DNA of 62,431 bases, filler included, from Asterionella formosa (GCA_002256025.1; 22 parts of 22 records of this genome joined end to end with filler, not necessarily neighbours in it), one strand, 5' to 3'; counted from the first letter of the whole stretch, positions 50,540 through 62,431 are shown. Notes: a model not told the origin generated them from the sequence alone. Program-made: numbers and translations.

Positions 50540-51786
50540 GATACTTGGCGTATTGCTATTCCTACATCATTATTGGATCCTATTATTAATTGGTATCATC
50601 AGATGTTAGCTCATGTGGGTATGACAAGATTAAATGCTACAATTGCTACACATTTTTATCACCCTATATTAAAAACAAGAGTGGAACATATTGTAAGAGT
50701 ATGTGAAGCATGTCAACGTACAAAATTACCTGGTACTGGTTTTGGTGAACTTCCACCCAGGAATGCATTATTATTACCATGGTCAGAAGTCGCAGTAGAT
50801 CTAATTGGTCCATGGAAGATAACAGTGGCTGCTCAAACGATTGAATTTCGTGCTCTAACTTGTATTGACACAGTCACCAATTTAGCAGAAATTTCACGTA
50901 TCATCAATAAAACATCAGAATATATTGCAATGAAATTTGAAAATGATTGGTTAGCCAGATATCCCCGTCCAGAACGTTGTATACATGACAATGGAGGTGA
51001 ATTTACTGGTGCTCCTTTCTTACACATGTTAGTATTGAATGGAATCAAAGATGTGACTACCACAGTAAAGAATCCACAAGCAAATGCTATCTGTGAACGT
51101 TTCCATCAATCTATCAGCAATAGTCTACGAGTTATGTTAAAGGCTCATCCTCCAATCAATGAATTTCAAGCCCAAAATATTGTGGATACATGTTTTGCAG
51201 CTGCGTCATATGCAGCTCGAGCTACTATTCATAGTATATTACGTATTTCACCAGGAGCATGGGTTTTCCAACGTGATATGATATTAAATATTCCTTTGAT
51301 TACAGATTTACAATTAATACATCAACGTCGACAGGTGATAATTGACGAACGTTTACGTCGTGCAAATTTCCGTCGTCGATCTTATGATTACAAAGTGGGT
51401 GACGAGATTTTAATATTATTGGATAATCCTACTACTTTGGATGATCGTGGACGAGGTCCTTATACTATTATTCAAGTACATGCCAATGGTACAGTTACTT
51501 TTCAACGCACTATGCATATTACCGAACGAATTAATATTCGTCGTATCAAACCTTTTCATAGGTAAAAGGTTTTCCCTCAAGTGTGGGAGAGTGAGCAATC
51601 CTGCACATCGATACAGATATATATAGAGTTGGGGTTATGTCAAATATATCGGAATTCAATAATGAGAGAACTCGACTAACACCCATTCTATACTTTGATG
51701 TCAGTTCAGGAAATGAGTTATACATAAGGATTAATTAATAAGCTCATATATTCAACAAATACTACTACTTCTAGTTAGATACTTCA
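50540..51786 (+). mobile_element. Ty3/Gypsy integrase (intact to 51565), polypurine tract and 195-bp 3' LTR (51592-51786)
   Basis: HHCC zinc finger (YH..AH..CEACQ), DDE core (VDLIGPW, HDNGGEF, NAICERFH) and GPY module. GGGAGAG|TGAG...TTCA. Confidence 0.95.
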
Positions 51787-52253
51787 CCTGGTACCAGATA
51801 ATACCGGTAGTCCTTCACCACGACCATCTCAGCACTTTTTCAACTCGGCCGCTCTTCGTGGATTATTTTGATGGTGGCATACTCTAAAGCAATGCCGCAG
51901 TTTATACAATAGGAACACGTCGAAAAAGAAAGGAACGCAAAGGATAGTGCGATTTAGGCAGTCCATGTATGGTTCTGCGAGGTTTCGCTGACATAACATG
52001 TTGCGATCAACAATCCAAAGCTACAGCAGCAAAGGTGTTGTGCTTCCACGAAGGTCAGCACTTTGCAAACGCAGATTGGCCACCAAGAAAGAAGATACGT
52101 GCGGGCAACTCTTTGCAGAGGAGCCGTCTCTCGCGTCCCAGCCTCTTGCTTGGNNNNNNNNNNNNNNNNNNNNNNNNNNNNNNNNNNNNNNNNNNNNTTA
52201 ATTAATTAANNNNNNNNNNNNNNNNNNNNNNNNNNNNNNNNNNNNNNNNNNNN

Positions 52254-52566
52254 TTAAGTATTTCAAATAATTTTGTGAAGTATTTCAAATAATTATGTGA
52301 AGTATTTCAAATAATTATGTGAAGTATTTCAAATAATTATGTGAAGTATTTCAAATAATTATGTGAAGGTGATCACGTAATATAGTGATGATCAGGAATG
52401 AATGCATGATACTCTGATCAAATAATGAACGTGATGTATTCAGATAATATATAGATATATTCAAGTAAGCATTTTGATGTATTCAACTAATTCATGTGAT
52501 CCATTCAAAATCAACTAGGCTAATTTGTTACGTGATGGTCACTTCACGTAATACGCGGCTTAGATG
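52254..52566 (-). mobile_element. Opposite-orientation CATCTAAG-type TIR end with 22-bp tandem repeats
   Basis: About five copies of gaagtatttcaaataattatgt. It ends gcggcttagatg|ta (reverse complement ta|catctaagccgc). Confidence 0.6.
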
Positions 52567-53334
52567 TACTGGTAAAACATCATAATTAAAATAAACTTAA
52601 ACATCAGTACAATTAAACATCAGCATGGCAACAAGCAATGTTGACCAGGAGAGTAAATGACCTGACACATTCCCATGCTTACAAAAATGTACTTATTTCC
52701 ATGATGTTGTACAGAGGTTATGGCAAATAGCAAATGATAGTACTACAAGCTGTGAGTTTAGTGTAGAGGAGCACGGGGAAAACAAGGATGATAACCAAAC
52801 ACTTGGCCAGTATTATTCCATTAACTATTACTGCAAAAAGGCATTGTAGTACTTTATGCCACATTGTCTTTTCACTTGGAATGTAATTACCCACAGTGGA
52901 AATCCAACAGAAAGGCTACTTTTTACAAGCAGCAGGGCAGGGAGCCGGATGAGGAAATATGCATCTACTATTGGCAACGCAAGGTTGTCTGGTATGCAGT
53001 GGCAACACTAGCTAGTTTGATTGGGTACATGGCACATGTAGCCCTGGACTAAATCTATGAGACCAATGGTCAGGATAAGATTGTTACTCACATTCTTGTC
53101 AACCAAATGTTGAAAGGTTGCAGTGGTGGTGGGCATCCACAACGACAGCTGTATTAAGCTAGATAAATGCGTATACTTCTAAATAATAACATACATACTT
53201 ACTAGATTAAATTCAAATTTCATTTTCAATGTTATGTACCTTGTTATTTCATTACCTGTTTCTTACCTGGTATAAACACCAGACCAGTTGAATCAGCATT
53301 ACACACAACAATGAAGCTAGCAAAATCCGGCAAC

Positions 53335-53485
53335 ACCAGGTGCTGGTACCAGGTACCAGGCACCTGGAACATACCGTAGTGCCAGGTACCGGTACCAGGT
53401 ACCAGGGTACCAGGGGTACTTTACGCATTGTAAAAGCATCGCCCCTGGTGAGACGAGGTACCAGGTAACTGGTACCTGGTACCAG
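53335..53485. repeat. Longest CCWGGTACC array in the window
   Basis: More than ten GGTACC/CCWGG units in 150 bp. Confidence 0.85.
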
Positions 53486-53562
53486 CAAAGGTGGCACCGC
53501 CCACTCCCACATAGTGCATGCTTTGTACGTGCGTCATGATAGTTAACTAGTGCACTAGCTTT

Positions 53563-53845
53563 CACTACGACAAAAAATGGTAGTATTGGGGGCAGAATTA
53601 ATTGTCAATACTGGCACATAATTGACGAAATTCTACCAACGTAGTATTTTTCTGTAGGGCTCCGGTAGTGTTCTACTCTGGACAGGTCAATACTGTCCGG
53701 TATTCCACCCTTGCTTGACCGTGGTGAAAATATGGTATAGAGAAAGGCAAAAATTCTACCCAGTAGTACTTTGGTAGAATATTCTACCAACGGACCGATG
53801 GAACCCTGCAGTATGCCATGGTATTGTCCAAGAAATTCTACCAGG
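53563..53845 (+). mobile_element. Possible CACTA (EnSpm) element terminus
   Basis: CACTACGACAAAAAA followed by repeated attctacca motifs in both orientations. Confidence 0.45.
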
Positions 53846-54131
53846 GGTACCTGGTACCTCGTACTGGNNNNNNNNNNNNNNNNNNNNNNNNNNNNNNNNN
53901 NNNNNNNNNNNTTAATTAATTAANNNNNNNNNNNNNNNNNNNNNNNNNNNNNNNNNNNNNNNNNNNNAACAACAACAAAATACTATCGATGACAAGTGGA
54001 ATGATTGTTTGCGATAACGATGTTTTCAATTGTTGGTCAAGTGATCGTTATATCTTTGAGTAATCGTGATGTGCAGTGAACCTCGTCTGTAAATTAAAAA
54101 CCGTTAGGCCTAACAGTTTTGCTATAAGACC

Positions 54132-54250
54132 CACTGCCCCAAAAATTCTCAGTATGACATACCATTTTTTGATTGATCATGCAAAAAAACTGATTGATCA
54201 TACGGAAAAACTGATTGATCATACAAAAAAATGATTGATTGATTAATATT
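54132..54250 (+). mobile_element. Possible CACTG-type terminus with subterminal repeats
   Basis: CACTGCCCCAAAAA followed by about four tgattgatcat-A-tract repeats. Confidence 0.35.
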
Positions 54251-55680
54251 GTTGCATTGATGTTACGTGTAATTAGCATAGATCACATACATATTATCAT
54301 GTAATATCTAATCGATTGCATTTGTAACACCATTAATAACGAATCACATTTAGTATACACTCATCATATATATATCAATTAGTTTCAAATCAATAGATCA
54401 TACGATATAAGTATGATCAATACAGCACTCTCACTCTTATTATCAACAAACGTCTTGGTATTCGATCTAAAGATAGTAATCGTGAGATCAAATCCGTTAT
54501 TCATTCAGTCTAACCTTTGGAATGCTAATATCAAATAGAATTTTTAGCTTTCGATCTAACGTTCGTTACTACTGATCTAACTAATTGCTCTTATTGATCA
54601 AACCTATTATCATGTTCGATCAATGATGAACGCAAATCTAATTGAATGGATTGCTATTTAATACTCAAATATTCTACTTCTGGTCACCCATACTTTCCAC
54701 TGTGCATCCTCTATCAGAATGAGCACACAGTGGTCTTCTATACCTTAATTTTCACTTCCGGTAGCTATGTTTATATCATTGCCTTTTCAAAATGAAATAA
54801 GAGAGTAAACAAATTTGATGATGCTTTATTGTTGATGATGCTTTATTCCAACCTCTACCATTGCGAATGGCAGCAAGTCACATTCTCCAATGTTCTTGTA
54901 CGACTTTCCTGTAAGAGATAATAACAACAATGTTAGCAAAACTGTTGCATCAAGTAAGCAAGGCATCTAAACGAAGATATGTGCAACGAAACGATCACAT
55001 AAACAATCCATCACTCAAATTTCCGCATGAGCAGGCAATGTGCATATAACTTACCTGTGCTCTCATGGTTTATTGTTGCTTCCGTTAAGAATGGTAGCAA
55101 GCCACATCCTCCAAGATTCCTGTATGATTTTGAGGAGATAATATCAATGTTAGCAAAAGAGTTGCAAACGATTAATGCATCTCCAGCCACAGATGTGCCA
55201 ACAACTGATGACATAAACAATGTATATAACTTCACGTTCCAATGTCGAAATCATAATAAATGGACACAGACACTACAAAGCCTCGGCAGCATTGTGCACA
55301 AACATATTAAGTGCGGTTTCTTACCTCGTATTTAGGTTGATTTTTATCGTTTGTCCTGAGGATTATTATGATATAATGCCGAAGTACTCCGATTATAACA
55401 TAGGTAGTGAATGATAAAATAACATTTCTATATGATCTAAGAGACCAACTCCCTTTTTATTTTTGACATGCCAAAAATAGCTAATATCAGACTTTTCTCT
55501 TTTATTATTGTTTCATTCTTTGATTTTAAAGCATCAGCGGCCCGTTTAACTTGACTCCTGTACATTGTTATCGTCGTGTCNNNNNNNNNNNNNNNNNNNN
55601 NNNNNNNNNNNNNNNNNNNNNNNNTTAATTAATTAANNNNNNNNNNNNNNNNNNNNNNNNNNNNNNNNNNNNNNNNNNNN

Positions 55681-57293
55681 AAACGCCAGAAACCAAATGA
55701 TGAGCAGGATGAAGCCTCGTCCTTAATATTGCTTATAAAGGAGAAGCTCAACGTTCATTTCAAGCGCTTGGAGGCGGATCAGCAAGACCGAAGAATTCCA
55801 AAGACAATGCATATCTACATGATTGATCCGAAAAAAATTCCTTCTATTCCTACTTTACCTCCTTCTGACCCTACCTTACCTCTTTCTGATCCTACTTTAC
55901 CCGCTTTTTCCCCAACTGATAGTTACTGGATTGAAAATGTCCAACAGGTGCGGTTCGACGACAGTGTTAGTAGGGGAATCTTATATCGCCCTAAAATTGT
56001 GAATGAAATGATGAAAGTTGTTGAAGATGCCTTCAAGAAAGAGCGTCGGACTGGAATCATGATCAAAGGACCGCATGGAATTGGCAAGTCGCACTCACTT
56101 GTCAACTTGGTTCGTAACCTGCAATATAACAGCAGCTGCAAGTACCTCGTAACTTTCATTCCAGACTGTCAAGAATGGAATGATGTTAACGAGTTGTACA
56201 CTGCAATCTGTAGATCATTTGGTACTTCCTTACCGGCTCTCAAGTGGAAGATCTGTTCAAATGATATCGAAAATTCAAGAGATCTGCAAACTTTTGTCAA
56301 TGCCATTGACTTGATTCTTCAAGATATGAACAAGAAATGGGTCCTAGTCTTCGATCAGATCAACAGATTGTTTGCTCGACCAGAGCTAAACAAATCTGTT
56401 GATCTGGGCACTCTTCCCTTTTCTTTTCGTCTCATCAACAGCATAATGAAGGGAGACCGCATTGTCTCCATCATTTCAGCTTCCGCAAACAACGAGATAG
56501 CCTACAGGGAAAGTCATCGAGGGTTTGTGGAGTATGATCACCCTTGCCAAATGAATTTGGCAGAAATAGAGCTTGCTTTTAATGAAGTGGCTATACGGAA
56601 TAACGGCAAAGAAATATTAAAGGTGACTGGTGGGGTGCCCTTACAGGTGAGGAATCTGATTTCCTTCAACTTTTCAATTGCCAATTATGAAAAGGGTGAA
56701 TTGTGCTCAATTCTATTTTCTCTTGGAAAATTGCATGACACGAAAACGGAATTGGAGTATAAGGGTATCACAGCATCAGCAGTTGGTTGCATTTTGTCAA
56801 ATACAGGCCATGCCATGTATTATGACAGAAAGTATTCAATTCCTGGCAAGAGGGAGGAGTTCACTCACTACGAGCCATTGTATCCTTTGGTGTTGGTAGC
56901 AGATCAAACCTTCTTTTGGGAGGACATACTGGAATATGTCGAAACACACGAGGCATCACTTTTGTTAGTCTGTGCCAATCTTAGTACAACAAATGACACT
57001 CGTGGTCGGATTTTTGAATTTCTTGTGATCAAGCACTGTTCAACCAATGCAAATGTTACTTTTTTGAAAGGATTTTCGGCATTGAAGAAATGCAATCTCA
57101 TTGAAACTTTTCCCCCAAAGAGTACCTTTCCCTCCAATGTGTTGCCAGAAATCATGAACGAAAATGGAATGTATGTTCCCCGAAACTCCAATTTTCCTGC
57201 AATTGATCTCATCTGGAAGTGTGGCGATAGTGTGTGTGGTGTCCAGGTACATGTTTCCAAACATCACAATGTACTGAAAAAGTTTACAGAAAT
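55681..57293 (+). CDS. Crinkler/RHS-type P-loop NTPase fused to a PD-(D/E)XK nuclease-like domain (partial at both ends)
   Basis: The frame is open across the whole contig. Walker A GPHGIGKS, Walker B-like VLVFDQIN, TGGVP, then RGRIFEFLV and YVPRNSNFPAIDLIW..GVQVHVS. Confidence 0.75.
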
Positions 57294-57393
57294 NNNNNNN
57301 NNNNNNNNNNNNNNNNNNNNNNNNNNNNNNNNNNNNNTTAATTAATTAANNNNNNNNNNNNNNNNNNNNNNNNNNNNNNNNNNNNNNNNNNNN

Positions 57394-59006
57394 AAAAGTT
57401 AGCCCAGATCCAGAATACAAATCCATCACTTTCACAAAAGCAACCAAAGACAAATTCAACCCTGGAAAACTTACTGACCAAAACACAGTTTCCCCACCAA
57501 ACTTTGCAAGGCATGTCGACGACAAAATCTATGCAGCAGCATCCATTGATCACATACTCCGGGCTACCAGAGCATCTATCACAGCAAACAATTTGGTACT
57601 TGGTCTTCCGGATCACACCTTGAAACCTGATGCCAAAGACATGGATAAACTCCACGAAACAGAGATTTCCTACCGCAGAAACATCCTGGGAAAAATTGTT
57701 AACACAAGGACAATGTCAGTGAGTCTACCCATTGACAAAAGGGTTGCAATACACACAGCTCTAACCACTACATGGGGCCCCCAAAGAAAAAGCTTCACAA
57801 TCCTGGAAGCCAGCCAGTTGGCAGGCACCCTTGTCAATGCAACTCAATGTTGCCGATGGGGAGCATTCCTGTTCATTGCATTCATGAGCACACTCCACAA
57901 TACAATAAGCGAGCATTTCAAACACATTCTTACCTCAGATGAGTACAACACACTTCTGCAGGAAAAAGACCAATCGTGGATCTCCACAGAGGCCAACTCA
58001 CAAGATTGGCTTGACCGAGTAGCAACCTCAAAATTCAACTGATTTCATGCACGAATCGCAAAAATCCTGTGGAACAGCAAAGAAAAAACCTTCATAAGTG
58101 TACCCATGCGCGATGAATTGACACACCTTACCAATATATTCACCGCACAGTGTCCCTTTAAATGGGAGGCACCAATTGGCCATTTTATCCCAAGATGCGC
58201 TGACTATGACTCCCTCGGCGATGCGTGCTTGAGAGGAGGAGGAGGTTTCTCCATTTCCTTGAACTTTTGGTGGCAGCTCACCTGGCCATTATCACTCCAG
58301 CTTTGCACACTCTTGAACCTAAAGAAAAAGGATCCAGCCCTGCTATCCATTAACTTGTTTGAGTATGTGAGCATAATTGTTAATCTAGCAGCGTGCATTG
58401 AAGCGATTGGACAAATACACAACAAGAACTCACCACCAGACCCTGTAGTCCAAATATGGACAGACAACACAACGGCATCTGCATGGACCAGAAAAATGTC
58501 AAGTGGTAGAGGAACCACAAACGAAAGCAAGTCCTTGGCACGACTATTTTGTTACATCCTCATGCACTGGCAAATTGGTGTATCAAGCTCCTATATCAAG
58601 GGAGAGGAAAATGTTTTAGCTGACAAAATCTCACGAACACTTGATCACACCCATTTTCAACTTGACTCACATTTTCATGTTGCTACCCAATCCCTCAAAC
58701 AACAGATTCCCGAGATCCAAGGCTTGAGGTGCTTCCGACCGAGTCCCGAGTTACTCAAGCTGCTGAACTCCGCGCTCTCTACTGGATCTGTAATTATTCC
58801 CACAACCAAAATTCGGCTAGGACAGCTCAGTCACATGTAAAACATTACATGAAATATTGCAGACAAAAACAGATTGACCCTTACCTGACAACATACTCCC
58901 AACGCCAACGCAACATCCAGATGGCTCTCTATGCCCAACACCTTGCCCTCGGAAACACAATCCACGGCACATTGGTGAAACGAGACACAATTGACGGATA
59001 CACCCG
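57394..59006 (+). mobile_element. DIRS-type (tyrosine recombinase) retrotransposon fragment, copy 1 with premature stop at 58040
   Basis: RT HVDD, LGKIVNT; DIRS-type RNase H DACLRGGGG, SINLFEY, WTDNTTA and GEENVLADKISR. An overlapping ORF resembles the N-terminal helical domain of a tyrosine recombinase. Confidence 0.85.
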
Positions 59007-59106
59007 NNNNNNNNNNNNNNNNNNNNNNNNNNNNNNNNNNNNNNNNNNNNTTAATTAATTAANNNNNNNNNNNNNNNNNNNNNNNNNNNNNNNNNNNNNN
59101 NNNNNN

Positions 59107-60719
59107 AAAAGTTAGCCCAGATCCAGAATACAAATCCATCACTTTCACAAAAGCAACCAAAGACAAATTCAACCCTGGAAAACTTACTGACCAAAACACA
59201 GTTTCCCCACCAAACTTTGCCATGCATGTCGACGACAAAATCTATGCAGCAGCATCCATTGATCACATACTCCGGGCTACCAGAGCATCTATCACAGCAA
59301 ACAATTTGGTACTTGGTCTTCCGGATCACACCTTGAAACCTGATGCCACAGACATGGATAAACTCCACGAAACAGAGATTTCCTACCGCAGAAACATCCT
59401 GGGAAAAATTGTTAACACAAGGACAATGTCAGTGAGTCTACCCATTGACAAAAGGGTTGCAATACACACAGCTCTAACCACTACATGGGGCCCCCAAAGA
59501 AAAAGCTTCACAATCCTGGAAGCCAGCCAGTTGGCAGGCACCCTTGTCAATGCAACTCAATGTTGCCGATGGGGAGCATTCCTGTTCATTGCATTCATGA
59601 GCACACTCCACAATACAATAAGCAAGCATTTCAAACACATTCTTACCTCAGATGAGTACAACACACTTCTGCAGGAAAAAGACCAATCGTGGATCTCCAC
59701 AGAGGCCAACTCACAAGATTGGCTTGACCGAGTAGCAACCTCAAAATTCAAATGGTTTCATGCACGAATCGCAAAAATCCTGTGGAACAGCAAAGAAAAA
59801 ACCTTCATAAGTGTACCCATGCGCGATGAATTGACACACCTTACCAGTATATTCACCGCACAGTGTCCCTTTAAATGGGAGGCACCAATTGGCCATCTTA
59901 TCCCAAGATGCGCTGACTATGACTCCCTCGGCGATGCGTGCTTGAGAGGAGGAGGAGGTTTCTCCATTCCCTTGAACTTTTGGTGGCAGCTCACCTGGCC
60001 ATTATCACTCCAGCTTCGCACACTCTTGAACCTAAAGAAAAAGGATCCAGCCCTGCTATCCATTAACTTGTTTGAGTATGTGAGCATAATTGTTAATCTA
60101 GCAGCGTGCATTGAAGCGATTGGACAAATACACAACAAGAACTCACCACCAGACCCTGTAGTCCAAATATGGACAGACAACACAACGGCATCTGCATGGA
60201 CCAGAAAAATGTCAAGTGGTAGAGGAACCACAAACGAAAGCAAGTCCTTGGCACGACTATTTTGTTACATCCTCATGCACTGGCAAATTGGTGTATCAAG
60301 CTCCTATATCAAGGGAGAGGAAAATGTTTTAGCTGACAAAATCTCACGAACACTTGATCACACCCATTTTCAACTTGACTCACATTTTCATGTTGCTACC
60401 CAATCCCTCAAACAACAGATTCCCGAGATCCAAGGCTTGAGGTGCTTCCGACCGAGTCCCGAGTTACTCAAGCTGCTGAACTCCGCGCTCTCTACTGGAT
60501 CTGTAATTATTCCCACAACCAAAATTCGGCTAGGACAGCTCAGTCACATGTAAAACATTACATGAAATATTGCAGACAAAAACAGATTGACCCTTACCTG
60601 ACAACATACTCCCAACGCCAACGCAACATCCAGATGGCTCTCTATGCCCAACACCTTGCCCTCGGAAACACAATCCACGGCACATTGGTGAAACGAGACA
60701 CAATTGACGGATACACCCG
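59107..60719 (+). mobile_element. DIRS-type retrotransposon fragment, copy 2 (RT-RNase H open to 60553; recombinase-like ORF follows)
   Basis: Same motifs as copy 1, with no stop in RT-RNase H and identical contig boundaries. Confidence 0.88.
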
Positions 60720-61083
60720 NNNNNNNNNNNNNNNNNNNNNNNNNNNNNNNNNNNNNNNNNNNNTTAATTAATTAANNNNNNNNNNNNNNNNNNNNNNNNN
60801 NNNNNNNNNNNNNNNNNNNATGAAAATGATCACGTGACTACGACATACAGCTGTGCAAATGATGCTATTGCTTTGGCTGTTACTATCACTCTAGCATGTA
60901 ATAGGCGATAGAATACGAAAATGATCACGTGACTACAACAAATACCACCCTGTGCAAATACTTACCAGGAGGTACCATGTACCTCCTGCATCCACACGCT
61001 GATATACTGGGTAGTACATCAAATGGTACATACATAGGAGCATCATTGTAAACACTGCAGCTTTGGTTTTATTACCATAAGTT

Positions 61084-61660
61084 TCAGATTTTAAAAACAT
61101 AGGGGGACAGGAAGAGAATCATGCAAGTAACATGGGTAGACCACATAAGCACTCCCCACAAATGCTCATACCACTGGACATCAATGTCCTCAACTCTACC
61201 CATTGACCACCCACCATTTACACTGATAGAACCTGATGAAGTTCCCCCTGGGCAGGCACTACTAATATAAGTAGCAGCCCCCTTCCTTATACTGTGCATG
61301 CTGATGTTGTTTGATTCAATACCTTATTCAAATAGCTGTCCTTTCTTGGCTTCTGCTTTAAAATAGATGAAAATCTCTTAAATCGATTGTGACCAGGGAA
61401 TAAGCAACTATTTCCTTTAGCAACATTATTAAATCTTCCCTAGTATACACCAAGATAAAATATAGGATACACTACCCACTCAATTGGATTTGCATAAATA
61501 TGTCTGGAATATTTTGATTGAGTCCCTTTCTGATCTGTCTTGGTGTTTGCAAACTATTTACGCAGAGCATCATCAGTCCACTCCATATGTGACAAGCAGA
61601 TTTGGATTGTGTTATTGACCCTACAAATCAAATTCCAAGTAAAGGCCCCCATGAATAGGT
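61084..61660 (-). mobile_element. Degenerate Crypton-like tyrosine recombinase
   Basis: Minus strand gives RVNNTIQICLSHMEWTDDAL..FANTKTDQKG and HSIRKGAATY..GGWSMG (HxxR catalytic motif), with stops and frameshifts. It resembles stramenopile Cryptons. Confidence 0.7.
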
Positions 61661-62431
61661 TACCCCAAATGCCATCACCAGTTCCTAACCAAGTAGGGGA
61701 ATGGCTTAATTGGTTAGCACACCTCATGAGGTATCGGGTTTGATTCCTGCATTCTTCACCTGTTTTTTTTAATGTAGTTCCTAGGGTTCTGGGGGTGAGG
61801 CTGACGAAGAGACAGGTACTGTTGTACCATACGGATGAATAAAACTGGTACTAATTGTTACCATTTAAGCGGGCACAAGTGCGATTATTGGATAGCTTTA
61901 ACATACTATAAAAATTTAATTAACTTTTGACTCAATGAACCAAGTACAAAGGAGGTGATATGTTGATTGTTCATGGGTTCCTTACCCTCACAAATCTCTC
62001 CTAACCCATAATGATTCTCTACTGCAATAATCTGATAAAAACCATGCAAAAGGTTGCTGAGTTCCTGCTCAAAATCAACTGTGAAGCCTTTGTCATTATG
62101 TAGCCTGAATAAGTTGAATAGATCTGATCACTTATTCCCATAGCAGCTCTTGGACAGCCAATCTTGTGTCCAAGAATGGCGAAGGCTCTGGAGATGTACC
62201 ATATACCCTGCTGGAGTGAGTGATTGCAGAGAGCATCATGATGCCACGACGGCTTCCTCTGCAGCATGCTGAATCAATTCAACTAGAACCCATTTCTAAC
62301 TCGATTTTTTCTTCCCTTGTACCTATGCCTGCTGCCTCCATCTTGGTGGGAAGAATCACTCTTTGTTCTGGGCATATGCTGTAAGCCATCCTGGTTTGTG
62401 TTCAAGACACCATCAAAAAGAGGCCAAACTG

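Noticed and set aside
53335..53485. (TACCAGG)n as a telomeric repeat
   Set aside because: The arrays are short, interstitial, mixed in orientation and palindromic, with no long strand-biased terminal tract.
55681..61660. NTPase-nuclease + RT + tyrosine recombinase as a single retron-like or defence operon
   Set aside because: The parts lie on four separate contigs joined by artificial spacers.

Overview
Eukaryotic nuclear DNA, most likely a diatom (inferred from short GT-AG introns, a signal-peptide-plus-A|F plastid presequence, and diatom/stramenopile-type Copia, Crypton and Mutator-like elements). The window is an artificial concatenation of 22 contigs joined by 100-bp spacers (44 N + TTAATTAATTAA + 44 N), so adjacency across spacers has no biological meaning. 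One 26.4-kb contig (6878-33281) carries eight ordinary genes: DUF1769, WW-cyclin-Y-like, long-chain alcohol oxidase, ABCA transporter, PET117, PPWD1, 14-3-3 and a membrane cyclophilin. The 21 short contigs (about 1.6 kb each) are mostly transposon pieces (several Copia families, Gypsy, a DIRS-type tyrosine-recombinase retroelement, Crypton, Mutator-like, pogo-like, CACTA-like and unclassified TIR elements) plus a Crinkler/RHS-type NTPase-nuclease gene. Three signals stand out. (1) A Copia 3' LTR is joined precisely to 28S rDNA 87 bp upstream of the R2 site. (2) A highly iterated palindromic motif (CCWGGTACC/TACCGGTA) clusters upstream of most host genes. (3) Two separate copies of one Gypsy family are both inserted directly at CCWGGTACCAG, suggesting a motif-targeted retrotransposon. 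Family assignments come from motif recognition by eye, not from database searches.
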